Positions 63,920 to 64,000 of a DNA stretch of 64,000 bases are shown one piece after another (the stretch's first letter is position 1; every line of letters starts with the position of its first letter). Origin of the DNA: a virus (lineage: Duplodnaviria > Caudoviricetes); IMG/VR virus record IMGVR_UViG_3300011577_000001. The stretch is one strand, 5' to 3'. Position numbers and translations under genes: made by a program. The notes below the pieces were generated by a model that was not told where the DNA came from, searched no databases, and saw only the letters and a program-made list of their open reading frames with translations.

Positions 63920-64000
63920 TCAACCTTTTCTGTACGCCTCAACCACCTTCTTACTGAGGACCTTGAGAAGCGTGGTAGTGGTACCAATCAACTCAGGCGA
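63920..64000 (-). CDS. 3' end of a virion RNA polymerase beta-like subunit (phiKZ gp178-like)
   Basis: Hand translation gives SPELIGTTTTLLKVLSKKVVEAYRKG*. A hairpin follows at 63897-63914, and synteny with gp175-177 fits. Confidence 0.6.
   Translation of the reverse strand, partial: SPELIGTTTTLLKVLSKKVVEAYRKG

Noticed and set aside
1-64000. Stop-codon reassignment or suppressor tRNAs
   Set aside because: Core genes are full length under the standard code, and no CTA, TTA or TCA anticodon was found.

Overview
This is a 64 kb segment of a nucleus-forming, phiKZ-like jumbo phage (Chimalliviridae), with most genes on the minus strand. All family calls come from motif recognition and synteny recalled from phiKZ; no search was run. 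(1) 1-22.4 kb is the nucleus/replication core block: four non-virion RNA polymerase subunits (gp74-, gp71/73-, gp68- and gp55-like, with no intron in the parts shown), the import factor PicA/Imp1, ChmC, an SbcD-like nuclease, chimallin (ChmA), a family-B DNA polymerase subunit and a CYTH enzyme. (2) 22.4-25.3 kb is an operon of seven small ORFs that may be divergent paralogs. (3) 25.4-30.9 kb is an RNA-rich island with 7 canonical tRNAs, 2 aberrant tRNAs, 2 tRNA-like RNAs whose anticodon loop is replaced by a long hairpin, a CCA-ended non-tRNA, several 110-330 nt ORF-free structured elements, a Tad2-like anti-defence fusion and an HNH endonuclease. (4) 31-42 kb holds phuZ, a ~1.07 kb ORF-poor highly paired region convergent with phuZ, two NUMOD4-HNH genes, a possible origin and early genes. 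(5) 42-64 kb holds terminase, tail sheath and tube, head proteins, prohead protease, a GIY-YIG endonuclease and the 3' end of a virion RNAP subunit. The best candidates for undescribed biology are the structured ncRNA/tRNA-mimic array, the ~1 kb RNA beside phuZ, the Tad2 fusion with its paralog, and a GLFG-nucleoporin-like tail on the protein next to PicA.
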